Source: Amoebidium appalachense
Lineage: Eukaryota; Protista; Ichthyosporea
DNA length: 56,665 nucleotides
Reading direction: 5' to 3'
Assembly (NCBI GenBank): GCA_963693365.1
Contig: CAVNZM010000009.1
Span: 26,476-83,140 of the forward strand
A model generated the notes under the pieces. The model was not told the origin of the DNA. It did no database searches and saw only the letters and a program-made list of their open reading frames with translations. The translations under genes were made by a program, and so were the position numbers. Positions 8,269 through 55,374 of this stretch are shown one piece after another (within the stretch, counting starts at the first letter, position 1; each line of letters opens with the position of its first letter).

Positions 8269-9536
8269 GGGTCAAGACTTAGCTCGTGTAGACTTAGCTT
8301 TCTCTCTCTCTCTCTCTCTCTCTCGTGTAGACTTAGCTTTTTTCTCTCTCTCTCTCTCTCTGGCCACTTTGCCACTTAGAAGTGGGTAATGCTGTATCGT
8401 TTGTTTTGTCTCTTTTTTTTTTCTCTTTTTCGATTTTAAGTGGAAAAAGTGGGAAGTAGGAAATAGATTGATCGCGATCGGATCGGAGGTGGTTTGGTGT
8501 GGTGTGATCTCAAAGTTACCAGGCCACGTGACTAGTCCAATAGATCGGCTAAGCCGATTACAATTGGCACGTTCTTGTTCTATGATTGGTCAAAACTAAA
8601 GAAAGAATGCAATATTTGGCGAAAAGTACATTCCAGTAGATAAATCGGCCTCGAATCTCCTCGACTGTAGCCTCGTTCTTGTATTTCAACCGCCTATTCG
8701 CTACACGCATGTCAGCCGAATCAGTGTGTCCCATCATAGACGATACTGGCAGCCGAATGCGGGGCTCCCGTCTGCTAAAAAGGGGCCAGAGGCCATGCCC
8801 CTCTCGCAAAAAACGCTTTTATGCATGTGCTTATCATGGAATACAGTGTGTCGTTGTTAGCTTGTAAATACTTAGCAATAGACATAAATAACTTCATTTT
8901 TCGCCCTCAGTGGGAACATACGGATATCATTAAAGTAACCACGCAAAGTACTTGAATGAATAAAGTTGAAAGTGGCCCAATTTATTGCTTGGGCCGGCCA
9001 GGGCCGCTATTCACTCGGAAGCTGGTTGGGCCGCCCTCAGGAACCACACCAAACGCGGTCCTGACAAACCGTTGATACCTACCTACATACAGGGTTCGAA
9101 GGACGGTGGAGCCCATTAACGGAAGTCGAAATCCCGTTTCGGAAAACCTCTTCGAAAATCGGAGGCTCCGTCGGAGCGGGCCCACCAAAAATCGTAATCG
9201 TTGCGCATCAGTAAACTGTAAGGCATGCTTATTTGTGCCTATATTGCATCTAGATGTAATTATAATGCATGCTCAAAAACCCCTGTGGTTGTTAGAGGCC
9301 TTCCTGGTGTTGGCATTTGAAGCTTTGAAGGAATAAAAGGGAAATATGAAGTGCATTAATGCACAATATATATATATATATACATTTTTTGTCTACGTAT
9401 ATACGTACGGTCACGTCCTCTCACACACATGTGCGGCAGTGCCAGTGTATATGAGGATATCATGATACTATGTGTGCATAATGATGTATCTAGTTCCTGT
9501 GTGTGTCACTGTATCCGTGGCCTTATTTTTTCCCAG

Positions 9537-10300
9537 TGCACGCATTTTCTTTTATTTGAAGCTCGAAGAACAGTATTTTGGTCGCAATACCACGTACGGA
9601 ACGGAGGGGGGTGCCAACCTTATGACGTTTTGCAAGGCTACCATTTGCCAAAACAAAGTAGTGTACAAAGAACACCCGATGCACATACCTCCCATGCAAA
9701 CGATGCAAGGATGTTTACTCGGTTGTCTCGGATCACATGTACAACAAATATGTGCAAGCATTAATTGATAACTTGCAAAACCGATTCCCCTCGGACGAGT
9801 GCTTCACTGAGGCTATGGATGTGTTTGTTCCATTGAAGTTCCCCATAACCAAAAGCAGTCTCGAAGCATACGGAAACGACAAGATTAGAGTGCTCGCTGA
9901 GTTCTATGGGTCTGTTAAAACAGTGGGCGGAACGTATATATACCCCCACTTGCCGCCGAAGATGTGATAGATCAGTGGCCACGCGCAGTGCCAAACAAAT
10001 TATCTTTGAGCACAGGCATCTCCTTGAGGTTAAAGTAGAAAATGTACCTGTTGGATACAGGTCTCTGAACGAGGCATGGGCTGATCTCTGTAAGGTAGAA
10101 ACTTTGCAATCATATTGTGCTGCTGTACTTGAGTTGGTTAACATTGTGAGAATAATCCCAATTAGTAAAGCAACAAGTGAACGTGGCTTCTCTGGTGTGA
10201 ATATCATTAAGACTTCTCTCACACCACGTATGACAACACAGACAGTGCACAATCAGCTCATCATAGCCATGAATGGGCCGGATATAGAGGCAGATGTGAA
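9537..10300 (+). pseudogene. C-terminal remnant of a hAT transposase (ZNF862-like, hATC dimerisation domain)
   Basis: LIDNLQNRFP...YGNDKIRVLAEFYG and LVNIVRIIPISKATSERGFSGVNIIKTSLTPRMTTQTVHNQLIIAMNGPDI lie in different frames. The N-terminal catalytic region is absent. Confidence 0.85.
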
Positions 10301-10729
10301 GCACGTGAAAGCTGAGCTTAAGTTTCAGAAAGAAATGGCTAAGAAATTAGTTATAGATCGGCAAACTGAAAGGGTTGACTGTAGAAGGGGCCAAGGAGCA
10401 GCTGGAAAAGGCCCAGGTGGCCGAGGCAGCAGCCCAAAAGAAGGCTCTGGCAGATTTCCTGGCTTTTGACTGGAACAGGGTGCACAATGTGTATATTCCC
10501 AACCCTTTCAAATAAATTGGATCTATGACAACACACCAGCACCTAGTAACCGTCAAGCAGTGTCCCTTGTTTTTATTTAAAAATTCTGGGGGAGGGGGAG
10601 GGGAGGGAGGGAGGGGGGGGGGGGGGGGGGGGTGAGTTGAGGCAGCAACATGGGAAGCTCAGGCAGAAATCGAATGTTTGGGGGGGGGGGGAGAGGGGGG
10701 GGGGGGGGGGGAAGAAAATCAAGTTGGGT

Positions 10730-11260
10730 GGTTGTGTTTGTGTTTGTGTGTGAGTGAGTATTTTTCTTTGCAATTGTGTGTGTGTGTGTGTGGTGGGTAT
10801 GTATGCGCGGTGTGTGTGTTTGTGTGTATGTGTACAGGTGTGGGTGTGTGTGTTTGTGTCAGCGGTAATCGGTTGTGTGTGTGTCTATGTTGTGTGCATG
10901 TGTGCACTTGTGCACGTGTGTGTGTGTGTATGTGTGTGTGTTTGTGTGTGTGCGTGTGTGCATGACATTGTGTGCATAGTATGTGTGTGTGTTTTGTGTC
11001 AACGGTTATAGTGTGTGTGTATGTATGTACAGTGTGCGTATGTATGTGTGTGTGTGTGCAGTGTGGTGTGTATGTATGCAGGGTGTGTGTGTCTGTGTAT
11101 GTGTGTGTACATGCCAGTGTGGGTGTGTGTGTTTGTACCAACGGTTTCTTGTGTGTGTGTGGGTGTTTGTGTGTGTGTGTGTGTACGTGCTACGGGGTGT
11201 GTGTGCGTGCGCCGTGTACAGGGTGTGTGTGTGCAGTGTAAGTGTGTGTGTGTGTGTGCG

Positions 11261-11295
<35 letters not shown>

Positions 11296-11300
11296 GGGTG
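10730..11300. repeat. Degenerate (GT)n microsatellite tract inside the hAT element
   Basis: Direct inspection. Confidence 0.9.
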
Positions 11301-11576
11301 CATAGCATGTGATTGTACAGGGTGGATGCATGTGCACGTTTGTAATACAGTTATCATGATCTGAGATAGTATGTGCCTATGCACGTGTACTAGCCTAGGT
11401 CACATGATGTGTGGTGTCACGGCTGTGTGTGTATGTGCATGTGTGTTTTTGAACGGAACACAGTGGTGCACAGTGTGTGTATTGCCTGCCATTTAAGACG
11501 CGTGCCACTGATCGTGAAACACGTGGCACCTGCACCTGGTGGCCGTCGACTCTGAGCATCTAGATCCATTCCATGT

Positions 11577-11834
11577 TTAGGCCTTCCTGGGGGGAAGGGG
11601 GGGGGGGGGGGGGGCAGTACTAGAGGGGGGGGGGGGGGATCCGCCTGAGAGCGGGAGGGGGGGGGGGGGGGGGGGGCGGAGCGGCGGTGGGGGAGAAGTG
11701 TTGGACATTGTGTTCATAGAAGCTAGTTCTAGTGCACGTTGTTCCTTCTGTAAGTCAGAAATGATTGCATCTTGTGAGGCCAACCTCTGCTCCAGTAGTT
11801 GGACTAGTTGCTGCAACTGTAAGTTGTCAGACAT
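11577..11834 (-). CDS. Short coiled-coil + polyproline ORF (cargo inside the hAT element); 3' end uncertain
   Basis: MSDNLQLQQLVQLLEQRLASQDAIISDLQKEQRALELAS followed by poly-Pro. TATA-like TATATAAAG on the minus strand near 11946-11954. Homopolymer tracts make the downstream frame unreliable. Confidence 0.45.
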   Translation of the reverse strand: MSDNLQLQQLVQLLEQRLASQDAIISDLQKEQRALELASMNTMSNTSPPPPLRPPPPPPLPLSGGSPPPPSSTAPPPPPLPPRKA

Positions 11835-13321
11835 AGTGTCGTGTATGATGGGTAACTAGTCTATGTGTTTTGTGCACTGAAAACGACAGTAGAAAAGTGT
11901 AAATCAAACGGTCTGCTTCCCATGTTTGTGACATGGGAGGCACTGCTTTATATAGTCGTTGGCCACCTCATGGTGGCCTCGTGTACACCCTGGTGGTGGG
12001 CCATGTACAGCATGGCCGAAAAGAGAGCACAATGAAAACAAGTCGTTAAAGATATAAAAGTTAACTGTGCACGTTGAGTGGCTAGTTAACTTGCACTAAA
12101 GCACACAAATAAACGTGTTTAACACACCAATTGCAGTTAAACGTAAATCTTACTTCACACAACTAAAAATATTCTGAGAATATCCGGGAATAAAGCACAC
12201 TACCACTCTAAGAATAGAATCCTGTGGCAAATATAGACATGGCATCATCTGAACCGGGAATATTAATTAATGAGCACAATTAGCACGTTGCTAGTGAAGC
12301 TCGTCATTGGTACAGTTTTGGCTCAAACATATAACTACCATATATGAATATGACCGTAAACAAAAAGCTCTATGCACTCGAGTGAGTGTTGAAACAATCA
12401 TTCAATTGCTCAGAAAATTTTCTCTAACAGACATTGCTAGCCGGGAGTACCAGTGTACTCCAACAAGAAGGAGGGGCAGCACTGGTGGAGGGAACGGTGG
12501 GCAGCGGAGGAGGGGGGAATGGGGTTCGATTTCTGGGGGGGGGAAGTTTTGAAGTGAAGGCCGGCCTATATATACATGCGCAGGCATATGCATTGGATGT
12601 TCATGTGGCCATCCATGGCTATAATGCATATGTGGTGTGACGGCTGTGTGTGTGTGAATGTGTGTGTGTGTCGGTGTGCGTGTGTGTGTGTGCGCGCGTG
12701 GGTGTGTGCATAAATGTGTTTGGTGTGACAACATGTACATGTGCTAGGCTGGCGCTGTCAGGGTCTGCCATTGAACATTCTACAGGGACAGGGAGGCACG
12801 TACGTATGTGTGCAGCTTGTGTGGGTGGTGTATGCCCCGTGTATGATGAGACCTGCGAAGTCATGAGAAGCTCCCCCCCGGGGGCCGGGGGGCGGGGGGG
12901 AGGGGGGGGGGGGGGGGGGAGGGGGGCTCTCGGGCGTCCCGATTCGGCCGGGACGATTTTCGGAACTGTGTTTTCAAATACCGGAAATTCCGGTTTTTTT
13001 TTCGTAACTTCGAACCCTGCCTACATATGCGTCAAAATCTCGTCATTGAGCAGGCGGCCAGTATAACTAAAGAAAAATAGTGTATCATGATTGGTTCAAT
13101 AAAAAGCTCAAGTACACTATATTTCATGTATGCAATGAAGGGCGGCATGTGCAAAAAAGGGATCATGCTGATAAACCAATATATTACATACACACGCGCG
13201 AGTTAGACAGGGATTTTTAGCGCTGGCGTTTTCTATACCGTACATATGTCATATGCAATTTTTATCATATTGGATCCCCCAACACTCATATGTGTGGGGC
13301 GAGTCGTACGTGTGTATTACA

Positions 13322-14343
13322 TTTTTTTCTTTTGACTGGATTTATTCAACGGAAAGATATGCAAATATGCACGGCATACGGAGAAGACAATAAAAACTTC
13401 ACGAGTTATCCAGTAACAAGTGCATACTGAGATACCTGAACACTGTGTGAAAATCATATAAATACTCAATGTGACGACCAACAGAATTCAACAAAAAGTC
13501 TAAAGTGTTCACATTGCCAGCTAGTGTAGCAGATACCCGGAGGGAAAGAGGTAAAACGCGGCATAAAAATTCACACCTATCAACATGCTTGCGATTAAAA
13601 AGGTCAGCACAAAAGTGGCACCAGCGGCGATGAAAACAAGAATTACAGCGCCACTGCACAACTTCCCAGGCAATATCAACATCAGAGCACCATACAGACT
13701 TATCTACTAGGGTGGTATCCATACGTACAGCAGGAGAAATGTATCCTGCCAAAGCTCCCAAAAAGCGATAATGATCAGTACGGTGTTGCCTAAGGAACAT
13801 AACACATGCCGACTGAGTTTTACCTTTGATTTCTCTATCAGAACGAGAAAGAAACTTATACTGCGTATGGTAATAACGCGAAAAGGCAGAAAAAACAGGA
13901 AGAGAAAAGAAAGAGGGAGTGAGATAGCGAGAGGAAGAATCAGGTGGAAAGAGGGTAGGCTGAGGACATTCAGAAGTAGCGTTGGTGAATCGGGGGGGAA
14001 GAGGGATGGAGGGAGGGGGGGGAAAGAAAGCATAAAGAGGGTGACCATCAGGTAGCCTAACTAAATGAAAACAAAAACGAAGAGACAATTCCTCCATACG
14101 ACAAACAGCAGACGACAATCCAAACATACTGATTAAGGGAGGCACAAACCGAGTACGAAACAAAGTGCGTAGCGCAGTACCCTGAAAATCGTCGAACTCG
14201 TTCAGCGCCATTGCCGCCTCGCGAGGTGGGGCGCAGGCCAATAGCGGAAGTCCATATTCGAAAGTCGGCCGTAAAAAAGTTTTATAGTAGAGAAGAAGGT
14301 TCGCAGGATGGATCACAGACTCCTGTTGAAACATATTCGACAC
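13322..14343 (-). mobile_element. 5'-truncated non-LTR retrotransposon (3' part of ORF2, 3'UTR and A-rich tail)
   Basis: ORF 13399-14343 has the post-RT thumb motif YKTFLRPTFEYG and a C-terminal Cys/His motif CHFCADLFNRKHVDRC. AATAAA (13341-13346) and an A-tract (13322-13333) on the minus strand. TSD not found. Confidence 0.85.
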
Positions 14344-15873
14344 AATGTGAAGCTTACCCTTCGCACGAGCGATCCGTGCCGTGAGGAGCTTGCGGAAATT
14401 ACACTGTGTAACAGCGGATTTCCGTTTTTCCAGTTTCGAGAATTAGGCCACGCAAAATTCCGTTACAGACATAGGACTGCACTGCATGTGGTCCTACATA
14501 TAGCAAAAATCAATAAATGTACTCTAAAAAGGGGTATTCTGGTATAACGGAGCTTCATTTTCCGTACCAGTATCTTTACTAGTTACATAACTGTTACACA
14601 CATATGGAAATGGGGTCTCAAATTCCCAAGATCATGGTTGCACACATACGGCTCGCCCCACAGTAGGAAGTTTTGGGGGATACTCAATAAAAAATTATTT
14701 CCACCCGGGCCCAGTAGTATTTTGCAATGATCGGCGAGACATCTCTTGCGCATTGCAATGGCAGCGAGTCATAGACAACAAATTATACCTAAATATTGAC
14801 ACATTATAGCTATAATATCGGGAGGAAACAAACTCACACGCAATACAGCCAATACTACAATAGCTAGGCATTGATCCCTGTATCCAATCGAAGGCTTGAC
14901 ATCGAATACAGTATCTGAAATATTGGTGGCACATGCCAACGATAAATTGATAATTGTCTTGGGGTTTACACACTTTTTATTGCGTGGACATTGCCGGAGG
15001 CCCAGCCACATTCGACGGCCTACTGCGTTTTCCAGCACAGCCAATCAAATGCAGCCAGTGACATATGTACATGCTTAGTATCTGACACCCCTATTAGCCT
15101 ACACATTATGGGTAAGCAGATGCTAGCTACGGTGAGAGCACCGATGAAAATGGCAGGCCGGGCAAGTGTTTTGTTAACATAGTCAATGCATTTTTTTAAC
15201 CAAAAGTTAGTTACAAAGGTACCAAGGCACTTCTCTCTTCTTCTACTAATATTACACGTCTACACAATTTGACACCGCGCAGCAGCGTTACCCAAAGGGC
15301 GCGCCTCACTCGTTGGTGTATACAGACTGGTGATCAGTGCTACTATCGAGGAAGGTATATTAATGGGAAAGTGCCAAGAGAGCACACACACACGAGCGCG
15401 TTGTGCAGGTGTGTGCGACTACATACAGTGACTTTCACATTACGGCGTTAGTGCCTATTTAATATTACTGTCTGTCAAAGTTGGCCCACGCCACGTGAGG
15501 ATGGCGCGCCAACGACTTTCAAATTCACCTTTGTGTTCTGGGAACACACCAGCGATGTGGTTTAGTCTCTTCCTTCTGTTGGTGGTCGCACAACTGGGAA
15601 CGGCGCAGCGAGCACTCTCTGGTATGTAACCACACAGCCCTGCTGAAGTACATGCATCTTTGTGTCGTAACGTTGAATCCCTCTGCAGGTTTTCAAACGC
15701 TGCACTGCACAACCGATGCGCACTCAGAGCCAAGCATATGAAAGACGTTTTTCGGTACCTTCACAAGCGGTGATTAAAATTCTCTTCGTGGCATTGCATG
15801 GCACGGTGCATGCATCATAGCAGTAATAGTTGTGATGGCTGCTTGGCTTGAAAGAGGTTTAATTCTCATGTGA

Positions 15874-16025
15874 AAGTCTGACCACTACAAATCCGAGAGT
15901 TGAGTTCGACGAGTTTCTGAACTTGTAGATTGTGCGTGATTTCACAATCAAGTCTGGCCACTACAAATCCGAGAGTTGAGTTCGACGAGTTTCTGAACTT
16001 GTAGATTGTGCGTCATTTCACAATC
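15874..16025. repeat. 76-bp tandem duplication with internal hairpins
   Basis: aagtctg(a/g)ccactacaaatccgagagttgagttcgacgagtttctgaacttgtagattgtgcgt(g/c)atttcacaatc, two copies. Confidence 0.9.
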
Positions 16026-16357
16026 TACATCACCTTGAGAGTGACATCTGAAAACACGACTCATAGCAGAGCACAGTAATTGTCTGGTTTTTTCTGCACG
16101 TCGTGAGCGCATAGTACTGTACGGCAGTAGTGACTCTCGGGCTCAGTGGTAATAGCAAGCACCCACTTCATGTTCACTGTCAGTGGTAGTCCCAAAGTAC
16201 TGCTTAAAAAAAGGAATCCGAACGCTCTCAAACTTTGGCACTTAAACGATTAACTAGCTATCAAACGTGATTCTAGTAGTAAGGCCTTCTCTGTTAAACC
16301 AACCACCGCATCTCCCATTTTAGCGTCTGGGGCCACTTCGGGGCCGCGAGCAACATC

Positions 16358-16420
16358 GGTGACGTCATCTGGGCCTCTTTATCACGCAGCCATTTTGGCG
16401 CCCAGGATTTGGCGCGAAAA
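16358..16420. promoter_or_regulatory. Candidate promoter cluster: CRE (TGACGTCA), GCCATTTT and two E2F-like TTTGGCGC sites
   Basis: ggtgacgtcatc; gccattttggcgccc; tttggcgcgaaaa. Target gene unknown. Confidence 0.4.
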
Positions 16421-17556
16421 CAAGGTGCTATATCACAAATTCAGAAACAGAGGATCGGTATCATGACGGTTCACGTCAGAACAATATAATAATATACTAG
16501 GTAGTTTCATAAGTGCTTGAAGATTTTTGTGCGCTTGGGTGAGCTGCAAGCATAAGTGCGGCTGCCACGCAGCCATGTCGATGTTGGGCAATTTGCCACA
16601 ATTCGATGATTGGTGAGTCTCTCTGAGAAATGTGGTTCGTGGCTGCTCTCCGCCCAGACGCTAAAATGGGAGTTGCGGTGGTTGGTTTAAGAAAAGTAAC
16701 GTTGCCAAACTGATTTATGATAATTTGATCTGAGCTTTGATATATATATGTTTGATAAGATTGGTAAGCAGAATGCAATTTAAATCAAACGTTGATTTTA
16801 GCCGCCTGTCTGTCACAGCATCACAGCCTTAACATCGTCCAAGCTGCTTGCGCCTCCCCCCCCCCCCCCTCCCCTCCCCCCCCCCCCCCCCCCCCTCTCT
16901 CTCTCCCTCCCCCGCAAGAATCCCCCGGCCTCTCCTCTCGGTCACCAGTTATGAACCCATGCAAGCTGCTACCCACATCACCCCTAGGCCCCTACGTTTG
17001 CTCACTATAATTCATAAACACAGTCTTCTCTGTACCCCCCCCCCCCCCCCCCCCCTCCTCCCCTCCACCAATACCAAAACCACCCCTCTCCTTCCCCTCC
17101 TCCCCCTTTCCCCCCCATCCCCTGGGCCACGTGCTCCAACCACTATCACACTGAAACCACTACCTAAACGCCTTGCGTGCACGCAAGGGGTCCGCAGCCT
17201 GCGTAAGCTTACCATCATCACCAATCTCGAAACTAAACTTAGCCCCCTTCAAATTTCATCGTTCACCAAATCCCCCCCCCACTCCCCCTGTTCCCCCCTT
17301 TCACTTCCCTCTTCCCTCCACCCCTTCACAACCACACTGCTGCAGCAACTGTTATCCCTGTACTCTCATACTCTGAAGACTGAAGAGGTGTGGGGGGAGG
17401 GGGAGGGGGGAGGGGGGTTTTCAAAACTTTTTTTTGGGGGGGGGGGGAGGGGGGGGGGGGGGGAGAAGGGTGGGTAAAGCGGAGACTGAAAGGGGTGGGG
17501 ACCAAATTTGTAGTCAAACTGAGACGGTAACACTTATCCACCGTAACCCCCTGCAG

Positions 17557-53415
<35,859 letters not shown>

Positions 53416-53925
53416 TGCTAAATTGCTAAATATAGCATCATGATTATTAAAGCAAATTCTTCTTCACGTTGAGATAACTGTATTTATATTGTGCTACGGC
53501 AATTATTGGAACATGGAGTAGAATATTCTCCTCCTATGTCGAGATCATGCTGATGTTGCTTTACAAGTGCTGCAGTGCTTTTATAAATGCCGACAGTGTC
53601 CTTGAATGTTTGTCTATTGTTTTGATAATCATGTTACTAGTTGAGTGAACAAGCATGTTTTAAAGTTCCACAACAGACAGGGAGGAACCATGATCACACA
53701 CACGGTGAGACCCACGGTGCTGGGTACTGGTATGCCGTTGTGTGCTGTTGTTTCCACCAACATGATATACAATGTAGTATTTTAGTTTTATAGAATAATG
53801 TAATAAAAAGGATGTAGAGAATGTGTAGCCTGAAACGAGTACGAGATCCCTCTCTCTTTCCTCTCGGCCCAGCCCCCTTCCCCCCTCTTACTCACACACA
53901 CACTCTCTCCCTCTCTCTAACCCTA

Positions 53926-53966
<41 letters not shown>

Positions 53967-54000
53967 ATCTCTCTATCCCTCTAATAGTAGATAGTATCCC

Positions 54001-54076
<76 letters not shown>

Positions 54077-55164
54077 AAAAGGCCGTCCGCGGAGAAAGCG
54101 CTATAGCTTGAAGTCTTAGCTATCACCCACGGAGAAAACGCTATTGCAGAAAGCCTTAGCTATGAGGGAGGGGAGGAGGGGATGGGGGGGTGATCGCAAG
54201 GGTCAAAATTGAAAGAAATGTGGTGATTCAACAGAAAGGAGATTCACTTCAGGAGAGAAGGTGAAGGGCTAAATATGGGTCATGTCCACTGTGCATAGAC
54301 AAAGAACCAAAGTACTAGTGGTAAGCCCGCTTTTGTGCAGAAAGGTGCAGCTACAAATGAGACGTGTGTGTGTGTGTTGGTGGGGGGGGGGGGGGGGGGG
54401 GGGGGATACACGGTGTGGTTGTGTATGTGTACGTGTGTGTGTGTGTTGGGGGGAGGGGGGGGGGGGGGGGGGGGGGGAGGGGGGAGGTATACACGGTGTG
54501 GTTGGGTGTGTGTAGGTGTACATGTGTGTGTGGGCGGGCGGGGGGGGGGGGGGGGAGGGGGGAGGGGGGCTTTCCATGGTGCTTGTACATGTTCATGCCT
54601 ATTATTATTGCTTTTTCCCAGTGCATGTGTACGTGTACAATATCATGCCCCACAAGTTTCAGAATCCATATTTAAAGGGGAAAAGAAAAAAGGAAAAAAA
54701 AGAAAAAACAAACAGAAAACAGTCAGAATTACTAGAAAGAAAGAAAAACACGAGTGGTTAACCCTAGTGTATGCGCACGTGTTCAACTAGTGGCTAATAA
54801 ACAACACTCTGTTGATTGAAAATGGGTCCCCCAGGCCCCGTAAGGACTTGCAATTGGCGAACTAAGTCTTTTAAGTCCGCCTCATAACTGCTATATATGG
54901 TAACTGTTTGTTATCCGCTAGTAACTGTATACTACTATATAGTTTGCCAGAGTGAAGACACGTGTGTTTTATCGTCATTATGTGCTGCATATGTATTTGA
55001 GAATGATGAAGGGGGGTTGATGGACGGCTTCACGCTAGCCCCAACCTGCACACTACTGAGCTCTAGTGTGTCTACTTCCATCGGCAGTGATGCCAGCTAA
55101 GTGTTGTTGTTGATGGCACAAGAGTCCCCCTACTTTATATACCCTTAACCCTGGCTGCTACCCA

Positions 55165-55336
55165 CTACGTTGACAAATCTGTCTTGGCTAATACCGTACA
55201 TCTACCCATTTTATCTATTAATTCCTGGATGTTGGACATCGGCCACTGTTTCTTCACGGTCACCTGATTTAATTTTTTTTGGTCTGATATAAATTGCCAA
55301 TCACCATTGGATTTCTTTATCCGAAAAATTGGGTGA

Positions 55337-55340
<4 letters not shown>
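55165..55340 (-). pseudogene. Ty3/Gypsy-type reverse transcriptase fragment
   Basis: HPIFRIKKSNGDWQFISDQKKLNQVTVKKQWPMSNIQELIDKMGRCTVLAKTDLS matches the first RT motifs (PxFxVxKxxG..DYRxLN..T..YPxPxIxEL..KxDL). Confidence 0.75.

Positions 55341-55344
<4 letters not shown>

Positions 55345-55374
<30 letters not shown>

Larger units (their letters stand above)
9090..13019 (+). mobile_element. Non-autonomous hAT DNA transposon, 3,930 bp
   Basis: Perfect 12-bp TIRs CAGGGTTCGAAG (9090-9101) and CTTCGAACCCTG (13008-13019). Perfect 8-bp TSD CCTACATA (9082-9089 and 13020-13027). Internal transposase remnant. Confidence 0.95.

Noticed and set aside
10678-11384. Cys/Val- and His/Thr-rich ORFs (also 18618-19884, 24204-25346, 27574-28263, 31588-32029 and others)
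   Set aside because: Translations of GT/CA/CT microsatellites and poly-C tracts.
8982-13060. Possible minus-strand ORF across the hAT empty site (…RDFDAYVGRYQRFVRTAFG…; LLNDEIL in another frame)
   Set aside because: Short, stop-interrupted and with no recognisable family.
15455-15733. 92-aa minus-strand ORF
   Set aside because: No ATG start, motif or clear splice context.
53918-53930. TAACCCTAACCC telomere-like repeat
   Set aside because: Only two units, inside a CT microsatellite.
54853-54890. Minus-strand TTATGA-stem-loop resembling a hammerhead core or PBS
   Set aside because: It lacks the CUGANGA/GAAA consensus and a convincing tRNA match.
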